Of a DNA stretch of 63,981 bases, positions 14,062 to 25,449 are shown in pieces. Both the position numbers and the translations under genes were made by a program. The stretch comes from Octopus bimaculoides (lineage: Eukaryota). The stretch is from contig NC_068984.1 of the NCBI RefSeq assembly GCF_001194135.2, positions 134,287,073 through 134,351,053 of the forward strand. Reading direction: 5' to 3'. Below the pieces are notes generated by a model. That model ran no database searches. It was not told the origin of the DNA and worked only from the letters and a program-made list of their open reading frames with translations. The stretch's first letter is position 1; every line of letters begins with the position of its first letter.

Positions 14062-14352
14062 TACATATACACACATATATATGCACACACACACACACAC
14101 ACACCCATATGAAAAATAAGGATAAACACAAGTTTATNNNNNNNNNNNNNNNNNNNNNNNNNNNNNNNNNNNNNNNNNNNNNNNNNNTATATATGTATAT
14201 TAGAAGGTTTGGAGGTGATGTACAGGAATTATATATTAGAAAAAATAATAAGGTACTCAGATATCTGGATGGTTGTACATTTATAGATTTTTATTAATAT
14301 CTCACATGTTTTTATAAATTAGCACTTGCATCTTTTCTTGTAGATTCTCCAG

Positions 14353-14387
<35 letters not shown>

Positions 14388-14495
14388 TACATATACACAC
14401 ATATATATGCACACACACACACACACACACCCATATGAAAAATAAGGATAAACACAAGTTTATATTTTAAGGTTCCTACATACATTTCACCATTA

Positions 14496-14733
14496 TTCTT
14501 ACACATGTTTCACCATTATGGTTCTTTGGAGCCCTGCAATACAAGCTCCAAATACATATAAACACTCAACCACAGTAGATCCTCAGGGGACACTTTACTG
14601 TTTCAAGTTATAGGGACATAACAGTATATAATAAAGTGTTCCCTAAGGATCCATTATGGTTGACCGTTTATATGCATTTGGAACTTTTATTGCAGGGCTC
14701 TGAAAAACCCTAATGGTGAAAAATGTGTAAGAA
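14496..14733. mobile_element. Foldback/MITE with 102-bp imperfect inverted arms
   Basis: Arm 14496-14597 versus reverse complement of 14632-14733: 87/102 identical by manual alignment, no indels. Confidence 0.85.
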
Positions 14734-14926
14734 TTTTATAATAAACTTGTATTTGTCATTATTTTCCTTACATTTCCTCTATACCTCATAACTGGTAATA
14801 CTAATCAGTATAGTAGTTAATTGATAATTAATAACTACACAGAAAGCAGAGTGAATTATAAAACTTGACATGGAGCACTTAATATAACAGTAGCAGTCAT
14901 ACATCTACCTGTATGCATAATTTATA

Positions 14927-14962
<36 letters not shown>

Positions 14963-14965
14963 GAT

Positions 14966-15180
14966 CTTTTCTGCTCTAGGCACAAGGCCTGAAAATTTGG
15001 GGCAGGGGGCCACTCAATTAGATCGACCCCAGTACACAACTGGTACTTAATCTATCGACCCTGAAAGTATGAAAGGCAAAGTCAGCCTTGGCAGAGTTTG
15101 AACTCAGTTCGTAAAAACAGATGAAATACCGCTAAGGCATTTTGCCCAGTGTGCTAACGTTTCTGCCAGCTCACCACCTT
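14966..15180 (-). mobile_element. tRNA-derived SINE family C, near full length
   Basis: AAGGTGGTGAGCTGGCAGAAACGTTAGCAC head, B-box-like GAGTTCAAAC, conserved core and CCTTGTGCCTAGA tail. Confidence 0.88.
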
Positions 15181-15684
15181 AATATATATCTGTAATATAG
15201 TTACAATGAATATGGAAGTTTGTACATCTGTATATTTTTCATTTCTACAGTCAATTATACAGCATATTTAGTTTAAATTTGTCCAATGTATATTTCTGCT
15301 GCATTGAAAACTAGCGATTGCATTTGCATCCAGTTACTTTTGACTGGTTTGCAGTCTATGCAATTCTGTTCAAGGACTGTCCATTGCAATTGCCAGGTTT
15401 CTATGCAGTAGAAATGTACTTCAGACAAATTTAAACCAAATAAACTGTATAATTGACTGTAGAAATAAAAAAAAACAAATGTGCAACTGTACTAATCACT
15501 GTATTTGTTGTAATTAATTTGGATATACACTGGGTAAAATATCTGTAAACTCGTGAAGTGAACCCAAGATTTATCCATTGCATGAATTACAGTGGAATTG
15601 CTAACTTAAGTAATCCTAGTTGTTCCTTACAACTTGATATGGTTAGCCAGAACCCAGATTATTACTGAGTGCCCATATGGTACC

Positions 15685-15792
15685 CACTTAACGGTTCAGC
15701 AAAACAGACCGATAGAATAGGTACTAGGCTTACAAAGAATAAGGTGATGCCCCAGCATGGCTGCAGTCAAATGACAAACAAGTAAAAGAATA
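15685..15792 (+). mobile_element. 3' half of SINE family A
   Basis: GGTTCAGCAAAACAGACCGATAGAATAGGTACTAGGCTTACAAAGAATAA...CCAGCATGGCTGCAGTCAAATGAC...AAGTAAAAGA matches 43730-43860. Confidence 0.85.
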
Positions 15793-15846
15793 TACCTCTA
15801 TATATATATGTATATAGGCTGACCTTCTATATATATAAGCCACATT

Positions 15847-15885
<39 letters not shown>

Positions 15886-15907
15886 GCAGACATGTCTATG
15901 CCCATAC

Positions 15908-15938
<31 letters not shown>

Positions 15939-15953
15939 TGCATATATAAATAA

Positions 15954-16024
<71 letters not shown>

Positions 16025-16229
16025 TTATGATCATTTACATACACACATGTATATGATAATATGCATGAGTATATGGCATAGATATATTGTGCAGTGAAGA
16101 AATTTGTTTGCAAACCACATGGTTTTTGGGTTCAGTTTGGGCTCAGTCCCATCATGAGCATGTGTGTGTCTATGTGCATGTGTTTGCCTACGTGTTTGTT
16201 TCAATTGGCACTCTACAAAAGTCTCTTAC

Positions 16230-16335
16230 TATGAAACTCTGCCAAATCAGATTGGAGGCTGGTGTTGCCATCCGGTTTCACCAGTCCTCAGTCAAATCGT
16301 CCAACCCATGCTAGCATGGAAAGCGGACGTTAAAC

Positions 16336-16367
<32 letters not shown>
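16230..16367 (+). mobile_element. Young (GAT)n-tailed retroposon 3' end
   Basis: Same tail as 9122-9212 in the opposite orientation. Older copies at about 19834-19965 (-), 27330-27440 (+) and 28005-28128 (+). Confidence 0.8.
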
Positions 16368-16402
<35 letters not shown>

Positions 16403-16569
16403 CTAGAGAGAAAGAGAGAGAGTGAGAGAGAGCAGACGAATAGACTGTTTATTAGATAGATAGATAAAGAGAAGCTAGATAGGTACGTAGTTAAATAAGA
16501 TAACAAAATGGAAAAATCATTAAAGCATCAGAATAAAGACCTAGTAGTCTTTCTTCTGGTACTTTATAT

Positions 16570-16690
16570 TCAGCTTTTAGATCCTGCCAAGGTCAACTCT
16601 GCCTTCTACCCTTTTCATTTAATAAAATAAAGTACTAATCAAATATTGGCATTATATTAACAGACCAGCACCCACTGTCCCTAAAGTTAT
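16570..16690 (+). mobile_element. Diverged SINE family C fragment
   Basis: GATCCTGCCAAGGTCAACTCTGCCTTCTACCCTTTT...AATAAAATAAAGTACT core. Confidence 0.6.
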
Positions 16691-17031
16691 TGGCCTTCTA
16701 TGCATATATATATAATATGCACATTTCAGTGCTAATGTGCATACAAATTGCACATTAATACTTACCATTTTCAAAACATGGAATAAAGCATTTATTTGAA
16801 AACGAGAACAGATAAAGACAGGACATTTCAATAACAGATTAATTTAGAAAATCATAAATAGAGACATAAAGAAGGGGATATGCAAGAATACCATGTTTAA
16901 TACAGAATTATAACACATATACTCAACATACACACACATATACAGAATCAATATACATAAATATATACACATATTTGTCACTCAGAATATGTATGTATGC
17001 ATGTATGTATGCATGCATATATATATATGCA

Positions 17032-17093
<62 letters not shown>

Positions 17094-17437
17094 ATCTTAT
17101 ATACTTATATGTCTACATGTATATGTATGTGAATGCATATATATCTATGTGTGTATGTATGTACATATATATGTATATATATATGTGTGTGTATATACAT
17201 ATATAAATATATGTATGTATATATGTGTGTATACACACACACACATATAAATATGTATGCATGTATGTATATATGTATACACACATATGTTATATATATA
17301 TATATATATTTAGGAAGTTAAAAGTTATGACCTGTCATAGAATGCCCATTGGTTTTGCACCTATAAAGTGTATAGCAGTATAGCTGAATAATATGTGTAT
17401 AGGTATGTGTGTGTGTGTGTGTGTGTGNNNNNNNNNN

Positions 17438-17475
<38 letters not shown>

Positions 17476-17559
17476 TATATTTATATGCTAATGTTTGTTT
17501 TTATGTGAAGCTATATCGAAGAACAATGTAACACAAGACTAAAGGATTGGTCAATACAT

Positions 17560-18810
17560 TTTATTTACATCCATATTGACCATTTACAAGGTACAGATTA
17601 GGAGTGACTTTGAAGTTTTGGCTTGTTCACCTTCATTTGACTGCACTTTACTTGGGTTCATTCTGAACAAAGCCTTATATATATATATATACATATATAT
17701 ATATGTAGTCTTTATATAGTCTTTGGCAAGTTGTTTTCTGGGATGATGAAGCTATGTTGATGATAATTAGATGCTGTGTAGGTAGACCAGAGAAGTTGTT
17801 GTATGGAGAAGTGGTTAGAGAATGATGTAAGGTAAGTTTGCATTTGTAGGGAGCTGGTTGATAAAAAGTTATAGCGATGATATTTATTCTAGTTTATTAC
17901 TTGAATTTTGTTACTGTGTAGAGTTTAGTCACATTTGGAAGTAAAAATGTAAACAGATATGTCAAGTTCTGGTTATTCATTTACTTGTTTCAGTCATTTG
18001 ACTGTGGCCATGGTTCAGCACCACCTTGAAAAGTTTTAGTCAAGCAAATTGACCCCAGGACTTATTTCTTAAGCCTAGTAATTATTCTATCAGTCTCTTT
18101 TGCTGAACTGCTAAGTTACAGGGATGTAAACATACCAACACTGGTTGTCAAGCAGTGATGGGGTTACACCATTTTTTGATATAGAAAGTTGGCTTTTTAT
18201 GTTTTAGGGGATAACAACAGAACAATTATGGATAAAATGGTTGGTCAATTGGTTGGTCATAGGTTACTATAAGTTATTTCAAAGTGGGTATTTTGGAAGA
18301 GTTAGGACTGGGGAGACTATTTTCAATAAATAATTATCAATTTTCTTGCTGCTTATAGTGTTGCTCTTTGTATTTATATCACTTGGTTATAGACAAGTGC
18401 ATACACATAACTGCATGACATAGCATATAATGCAGATGAATGTGTGAAGATGATACATTTTTCCTCTACAATGATATATATAAATATCAGAGTATAGATG
18501 CATATCCATGCACAGATGTACTTATGTCTTTACATATAATTTAGTGTATCACATACATATGTATATCCTGACCATAACTTTCTATCAATCTATTCCCTAC
18601 AAACACATATATTCCTTCAGTCATCCTCCATCTACCATGTCTACACAATTACTTCTCTGTTCTACCTTCACCATATCTAATTATTATATATACTGACACA
18701 CTAACTGAAATAACAACTCGCCAAAATTATATAAAGTTAAAATGAACCTAAATAAACAGTCTGATGAAGGCAAGCAAGTCAAAACTTTGAAGTCGCTGCC
18801 AAAACTTTAC
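17560..18810 (-). mobile_element. Penelope-like element remnant with an inverted terminal-repeat copy
   Basis: 17560-17880 (-) and 18560-18810 (+) are homologous inverted copies, each with TATATAAAG followed by a hammerhead-like motif. Weak GIY-YIG-like C-terminus (SKKIDNYLLKIVSPVLT) at about 18310-18365 (-). The Penelope assignment is inferred. Confidence 0.55.
17980..18165 (-). mobile_element. SINE family A 3' half, nested in the Penelope-like remnant
   Basis: Reverse-complement match to 43680-43860 (TTACTTGTTTCAGTCATTTGACTG...GACCCCAGGACTTATT...GCTAAGTTAC). Confidence 0.88.
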
Positions 18811-18820
18811 CTCATAAGAG

Positions 18821-18855
<35 letters not shown>

Positions 18856-19051
18856 TTATACATACAGACATATATATATATATATATATACATACAAATA
18901 TGCATATATATATAAAAATATACATAAATATATATACATATACATAAATATATATATATATTTATATATATATATATATATATAAATATAAAAACATATA
19001 TATACATAAATATAAATATATATATACATAAATATAAATATATATATATGC

Positions 19052-19126
<75 letters not shown>

Positions 19127-19261
19127 TAAATATATATACATATAAATATATATATATATACATACATGAATACATATATACATAAATATATATACATATT
19201 TATACATAAATATATATATATATATACATAAATATATATACATAAATATATATGTATATAT

Positions 19262-19335
19262 ACGGTGGTGCACCAGCATGACCGCAGCCACCAGCATGAC
19301 CGCAGCCACTTGGCTGAAACACATAAATAAATAAA
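19262..19335 (+). mobile_element. Isolated LINE 3' tail inside a (TA)n tract, with an 18-bp internal tandem duplication
   Basis: ACGGTGGTGCACCAGCATGACCGCAGCCA[CCAGCATGACCGCAGCCA]CTTGGCTGAAACACATAAATAAATAAA; apart from the duplication it matches the reverse complement of about 23896-23946. Confidence 0.85.
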
Positions 19336-21499
19336 TATATATAAATATACATATATATACATAAATATATACATATATACATATACATACACTCATGTGT
19401 ATGTATATATATGTATTATATTTGAGTTGACTGAGTCTTAATGTTTTGCCTATCAGCTTTTCCTGGTATTGATAAAGGAAATTGAAGCCAAAACTTCGTC
19501 AAATGATAGTGTTGTGAACATAGTATTTTACCTTTGCAGTAAAACATTACAATGAAAGGAATTGATATATCATTTGTGGTAAGAGACTGAAGAAATACTT
19601 CTAAAGTTGTAAACCTGATTAAGTATAAATATCAACAAACAGGTAGGTAGAAATTAAATTTTGTGAAGCAAGGGGAGAAAGATAAATTAAGTAAATATAA
19701 GTCAGTATACATATGAAAAAGTAACTTGGAGTAATTTCAGGGAGTTGGATGAAAGGACAGAAATTAAAGAAGTTTTATCCTAATTAGTGCAACTTTGTGG
19801 AAAATATTTAATACAAATAAAATTGGAATTGACATCATTATCATCGTTTAACCTCTGTTTTCCATGCTGGTATGGGTTGGATAGTTTGAGAGGAGCTAAT
19901 GAGCCATAAAACTGTGTCAAGCTCCATTGTCAGCTTTAACACATTTCTTTGACTGGATGCTCTTCCTTTTGGAAGGGCATCCAGTCAATCACTTCATGGA
20001 GTGTGATGCTAGGGGATTTTTAAAGAGTGGAACAACTGAATAACTGAAATAATAGATTTTAAAAAACTGCCAGAATGTATTGCTGAAAATGTCATGTAAG
20101 TTATAACAAAATGCATTAAATTAACTATAGAGTAAATTTATTTAAATGAAGAATGAGAATATTGATACTAAATGATGAGTTAAGAGCAGAAAATAACATA
20201 AGTATCACACCACAAAGATAGGAATTAAATCTAATGGATATAGTATAAATGAATATAAAAATAAGTTTATGATAGCCTAAAACTTCACAGGTTAAACATA
20301 CAAGAAATAAATGGGACTATTTTTCAAAGAAAATTAAGCTAGTGCTGTATAAGTTTCTACAGAATATGGACAAGAGAATTTTCCTTATGTATAATATATG
20401 TAGGCATCACTGTCTATCCATGCATTTGTTTGAGTATGTATAAACATGTATTGATACATTGAGTATAAACATGTATTGATACATAGGAGTGTATATTTGT
20501 ATGTATTTATCTACATTTGTAAGAATCTGTATATTTTCTGTCAATATATATTTCCAAGTCAAGAACTTTTAAGTGTGCATGTGCATGTGCATGTCTCTAT
20601 GTATCTTTTTATAGATATTTTTTCTTTAGTTTATGCAATCACCTCTATTACATTTCTTATGTTTGCTTTTTATGGAATTTTAAAGACCACACCAGCTGAA
20701 TTAATTTTGACTTAAAATATAAACCCATATATTTATTTCTATGTTTGACCTGTAAAATTTTAGGTTACTATAACTTAATTTTTTACATTGATTTATACTC
20801 TCTCCTAAGATCTAATTTCTGTCTATGTATGGTGGTACTTACACTATTTTCTAACACTTAGCTCATATGTGAAATTTTGTATAAATATTCTTATCGTTCA
20901 TTTAAATAGATTTAATCTGCGGTTCCTTTAATATTTCCTCTTATAACTTACATGGTGTCTTTAGCAAGATACCATATAAACTGTTTTCAGCAGTTTTTAA
21001 ATACCTTTTAGAAATTTGATAGTTTTATTATTTAAAGTATCCCTTTAAACTACTAGTTTATATTTTACATTGTCAGTTCTGATATTACTCTTAGCATAAA
21101 GATGATTAATTTGGAGAGTATCAATAGCATAATCCTTTAGGTTTTTATTTTTATGAATATACATGCATATGAATGCATGCATATATACATATATATATAT
21201 TTAATGATTTTGCTTTGGCATAGTAATACTAATAAGTTGCTAGAACGCAATATATTTATGGTTCAAAGTAAAGCATTAGATGATTTCAGAGTGGAATATC
21301 AATTAATGAATGAGAAAAGAACAGGCATTACATAATCACTTTTATTAGCTTATAGCTGTTTGTAATAAGCATTTTGGATGACTTTCAGGAAGAAAGAGGT
21401 TGCATATGCACTCAGCTCTGATTGCAATGCTTCTGATATCTGAAAAAAGTGATTACATAACTGCTGCTCTTTTGGCATCGCTAGCCATTAAACCTTTTT

Positions 21500-21665
21500 C
21501 TATTTTCTCTCCCTGTTTATTTCTGTGTTCCTTTCTGTCGAAGAGCGTAGGCTTGAAATGTAAAAGACTTTCTCACTTCCTAAGTGTTAAACTAATATAT
21601 CTGTTTGTTGTTTACACATCCGTCTTTGTCTTTTGTTTTTTTTGTAAATTCTCACTATATATATA
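21500..21665 (+). mobile_element. Short interspersed repeat, possibly a Penelope-type terminal repeat
   Basis: GAAGAGCGTAGGCTTGAAATGTAAAAGAC...GTTTGTTGTTTACAC...GTAAATTCTC-(TA)n; its 3' part recurs at 13355-13420. Confidence 0.5.
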
Positions 21666-23137
21666 TCGTTTTCAGCTGTTGAAGTAGATACAGATATAAA
21701 TATTGGGTTAAAAAAACCCCAATATTTTCCATTCAAGGGTTTTTAATCCAATATTTATATGCTATTATTTAAAGCTTCACCTACTTTGATTTCCACAATT
21801 AAAACAATTATTTCACCTTTCTCGAAGTTTCTAAATTATGTAAGCAATATATATGAGTGAGTGAACAAACGAAGAAAAGTAGCACTTGATACATCTGGTT
21901 GGAGTTACATGTAGTTAATAACAGTGTGATTCAGCTCCACATGATTTAAAGTTGTGTGGGCACATGGGACATGTCCAACTCATCAGATGCTTGGAGGCAG
22001 AGTGGTATATTTGAAAGAAATTCAAGATGGTCTCTAGGTATTTAGGTCTCTATCAGTGAGCTCAGGTCACATGGTATTAATGTGGAATTGGGTCAAAATA
22101 TTATTAATGTGTGCGTGTGTGTGTGCGTGCGTGTGTGTAAATGCAATAATTGGTATAGTTGATCAGCTAGTTGGAAAACAATACAGCATTTTCTGTTGCT
22201 GGGACTCTATACATTAAGCAAAGTAAAAATTTATTGGTAATATTGATTTGACTAGGACCTCATGTACTACCTTGGTTTCAAAAAGTGAGAGCCAAAGACC
22301 TGTTCAAGTTAAAATTACCAATAAATAGCTATGTATGATTATATTATACTTGTGTAGTGTGCTATACAGTCTACAGCATGTAACTAATCTTTAGAATTCC
22401 AAGTGTTACTTTATAGTTTGAAAGATGGGTCTCTGAAAAGAAATTGAATTATTTTATGAAATTTCTTTTTGTTATACATCGTTACATACAAACGAAAGAT
22501 CAAAGTGAAAAACAAGAGTGGAAACATGTTATTTGTTTATTGAATGTATCCTTACAAATGTTTCATAAATGAATAAATCTGTTATGCAAGAAATACCTCA
22601 CTATCCAATTAGACCATCAAATCATCATTGTTGACTATCTGACTGCAATGAATATTTCATTTATTGCATAAAATTCTGAAGATTTGATGATATCAACAGA
22701 TTGCAAGGTAGTATTTGCATTTGGATATATTATTTAATGAAACATGTATATGAAAGTATTCAATAAACATATGAACATATAACCATTCTAGTTTTTCATA
22801 TTCTTTTTGTTTATGTATATCTTACACACACGCATGCACATGAAAATATATCCAATTGCTTTTATATGGTTAGAAATTTATGTGCTTTATGTATGTATAT
22901 ATGTATGTATGTATGTATGTGTGTATGTATGTGTGTATGCATGTATGTATGTATGTGTGTGTGTGTGAGTACATATATGGGTGTGTGTATATATAAAATA
23001 CATATATATATATATATAAAATATACATATATACACAAACACACGCGCACACACACATATCTCTATATATAAATACACATATATATATATATACATAAAC
23101 TTAAATATACATGCATATGTACATATACGAAGACACC

Positions 23138-23212
<75 letters not shown>

Positions 23213-23884
23213 TACTCACACACATATATATAATATACAATTATATAATAATTATCAAAGATTATAAAAAACAATTGATGTAAATACAATATGGGTAAGA
23301 ATATAAATATGAATAATTGTATAATAATATAAATGATTAAATATACATACATATACAATGAGTGCACACATCCACACACACATAGAAAAACATGAGTATA
23401 TATATATATATATGTATATATATGAGTGTATAAATAAATAATTACCATGATTGTTATAGTTATACTCACGCACACACACACATATACACATAAATGTGTA
23501 GCTATACACATGCACACAGACACACACATATACACATACATGGAGACTTACATATATTTATATATATATTGGTCCGTAGTTCATATATCAGAAAAAGGAA
23601 CACACTTTAAACATCAGAGCAGAGGTGTATTAAGAAGGTTCTTTGTTATGGGCATAACAAATAACCTGTTAAATATACATAAATATATATTCATATATAT
23701 ACATGTATATATAAATTCCAATATATATATATATATATATTCATATTTATGTATATATATATATATTCATATTTATGTATATATATATATATTCATATAT
23801 ATATATATGATGTATATATATATATATTCATGCATATATATGTAAGTAGATATTAATATACATATATATATATATATTTATTTT

Positions 23885-24120
23885 TTTATTTTTATTTATT
23901 TATGTGTTTCAGCCAAGTGGCTGCGGTCATGCTGGTGCACCACCGTGATTTTCACGTTCCTTGCATGGCTCTTCTCCCCCACCTGACATGGTCCAATCAA
24001 GAGTTTTGATGGCACATCTGGTGTATAAAAGAATTTGACACAGCTGCCCTAAACTGCGTCTCATTATGAGCCATTGGTTCGTCTGGTATCGTGGAGAGGA
24101 AAGCGTCAAGTTTTGTCATA

Positions 24121-24127
<7 letters not shown>
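23885..24127 (-). mobile_element. 5'-truncated CR1/Jockey-group LINE 3' end, young
   Basis: ORF end KLDAFLSTIPDEPMAHNETQFRAAVSNSFIHQ followed by a 3' UTR and (TAAA)n tail; flanked by (TA)n. Confidence 0.8.
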
Positions 24128-24189
<62 letters not shown>

Positions 24190-24381
24190 ACAATTAGAAA
24201 ATGGAGACAAATTTTGGGTAAAACCTCCACTTTTACTCGTTCCCATTGATTGCACTTAGTATAGCACTAGTGTAGCAATAATTGGGTACCGTCCCAGCAG
24301 TATACTGGATAGATACTATCCCTTAGTGGGTTGAACCCCCAACCCCTAACTCTCTGACGTTATATATATATATATATATAT

Positions 24382-25292
24382 NNNNNNNNNNNNNNNNNNN
24401 NNNNNNNNNNNNNNNNNNNNNNNNNNNNNNNNNNNNNNNNNNNNNNNNNNNNNNNNNNNNNNNNNNNNNNNNNNNNNNNNNNNNNNNNNNNNNNNNNNNN
24501 NNNNNNNNNNNNNNNNNNNNNNNNNNNNNNNNNNNNNNNNNNNNNNNNNNNNNNNNNNNNNNNNNNNNNNNNNNNNNNNNNNNNNNNNNNNNNNNNNNNN
24601 NNNNNNNNNNNNNNNNNNNNNNNNNNNNNNNNNNNNNNNNNNNNNNNNNNNNNNNNNNNNNNNNNNNNNNNNNNNNNNNNNNNNNNNNNNNNNNNNNNNN
24701 NNNNNNNNNNNNNNNNNNNNNNNNNNNNNNNNNNNNNNNNNNNNNNNNNNNNNNNNNNNNNNNNNNNNNNNNNNNNNNNNNNNNNNNNNNNNNNNNNNNN
24801 NNNNNNNNNNNNNNNNNNNNNNNNNNNNNNNNNNNNNNNNNNNNNNNNNNNNNNNNNNNNNNNNNNNNNNNNNNNNNNNNNNNNNNNNNNNNNNNNNNNN
24901 NNNNNNNNNNNNNNNNNNNNNNNNNNNNNNNNNNNNNNNNNNNNNNNNNNNNNNNNNNNNNNNNNNNNNNNNNNNNNNNNNNNNNNNNNNNNNNNNNNNN
25001 NNNNNNNNNNNNNNNNNNNNNNNNNNNNNNNNNNNNNNNNNNNNNNNNNNNNNNNNNNNNNNNNNNNNNNNNNNNNNNNNNNNNNNNNNNNNNNNNNNNN
25101 NNNNNNNNNNNNNNNNNNNNNNNNNNNNNNNNNNNNNNNNNNNNNNNNNNNNNNNNNNNNNNNNNNNNNNNNNNNNNNNNNNNNNNNNNNNNNNNNNNNN
25201 NNNNNNNNNNNNNNNNNNNNNNNNNNNNNNNNNNNNNNNNNNNNNNNNNNNNNNNNNNNNNNNNNNNNNNNNNNNNNNNNNNNNNNNNNNNN
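24382..25292. other. Largest assembly gap
   Basis: Run of N. Other gaps at about 1494, 11899-12307, 13343, 14138-14187, 17428, 35330-35872, 40099-40308, 43447-43603, 49211 and 52165, mostly next to microsatellites. Confidence 0.99.
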
Positions 25293-25449
25293 CATCAGTT
25301 ATAGTAATGAGTTGGTGAGGGGTACCTATTTGCAACAGTATTTTTATGGCTGGATGTTTTTCCTGTTGCTCACACAGACAGAGAGACCCCCCCCCACACA
25401 CACACATCTACATAAATGTACAAATATACTTACATATGTAAGCATATAG

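Noticed and set aside
14020-14463. About 115-bp direct duplication (14020-14137 and about 14350-14463) around a 50-N gap
   Set aside because: Identical copies flanking a gap most likely reflect a contig-overlap assembly artefact.
19465-19505. TTGATAAAGG...GCCAAAACTTCGTC resembling the hammerhead family
   Set aside because: The core is too decayed and helix I cannot form; at most another relic.
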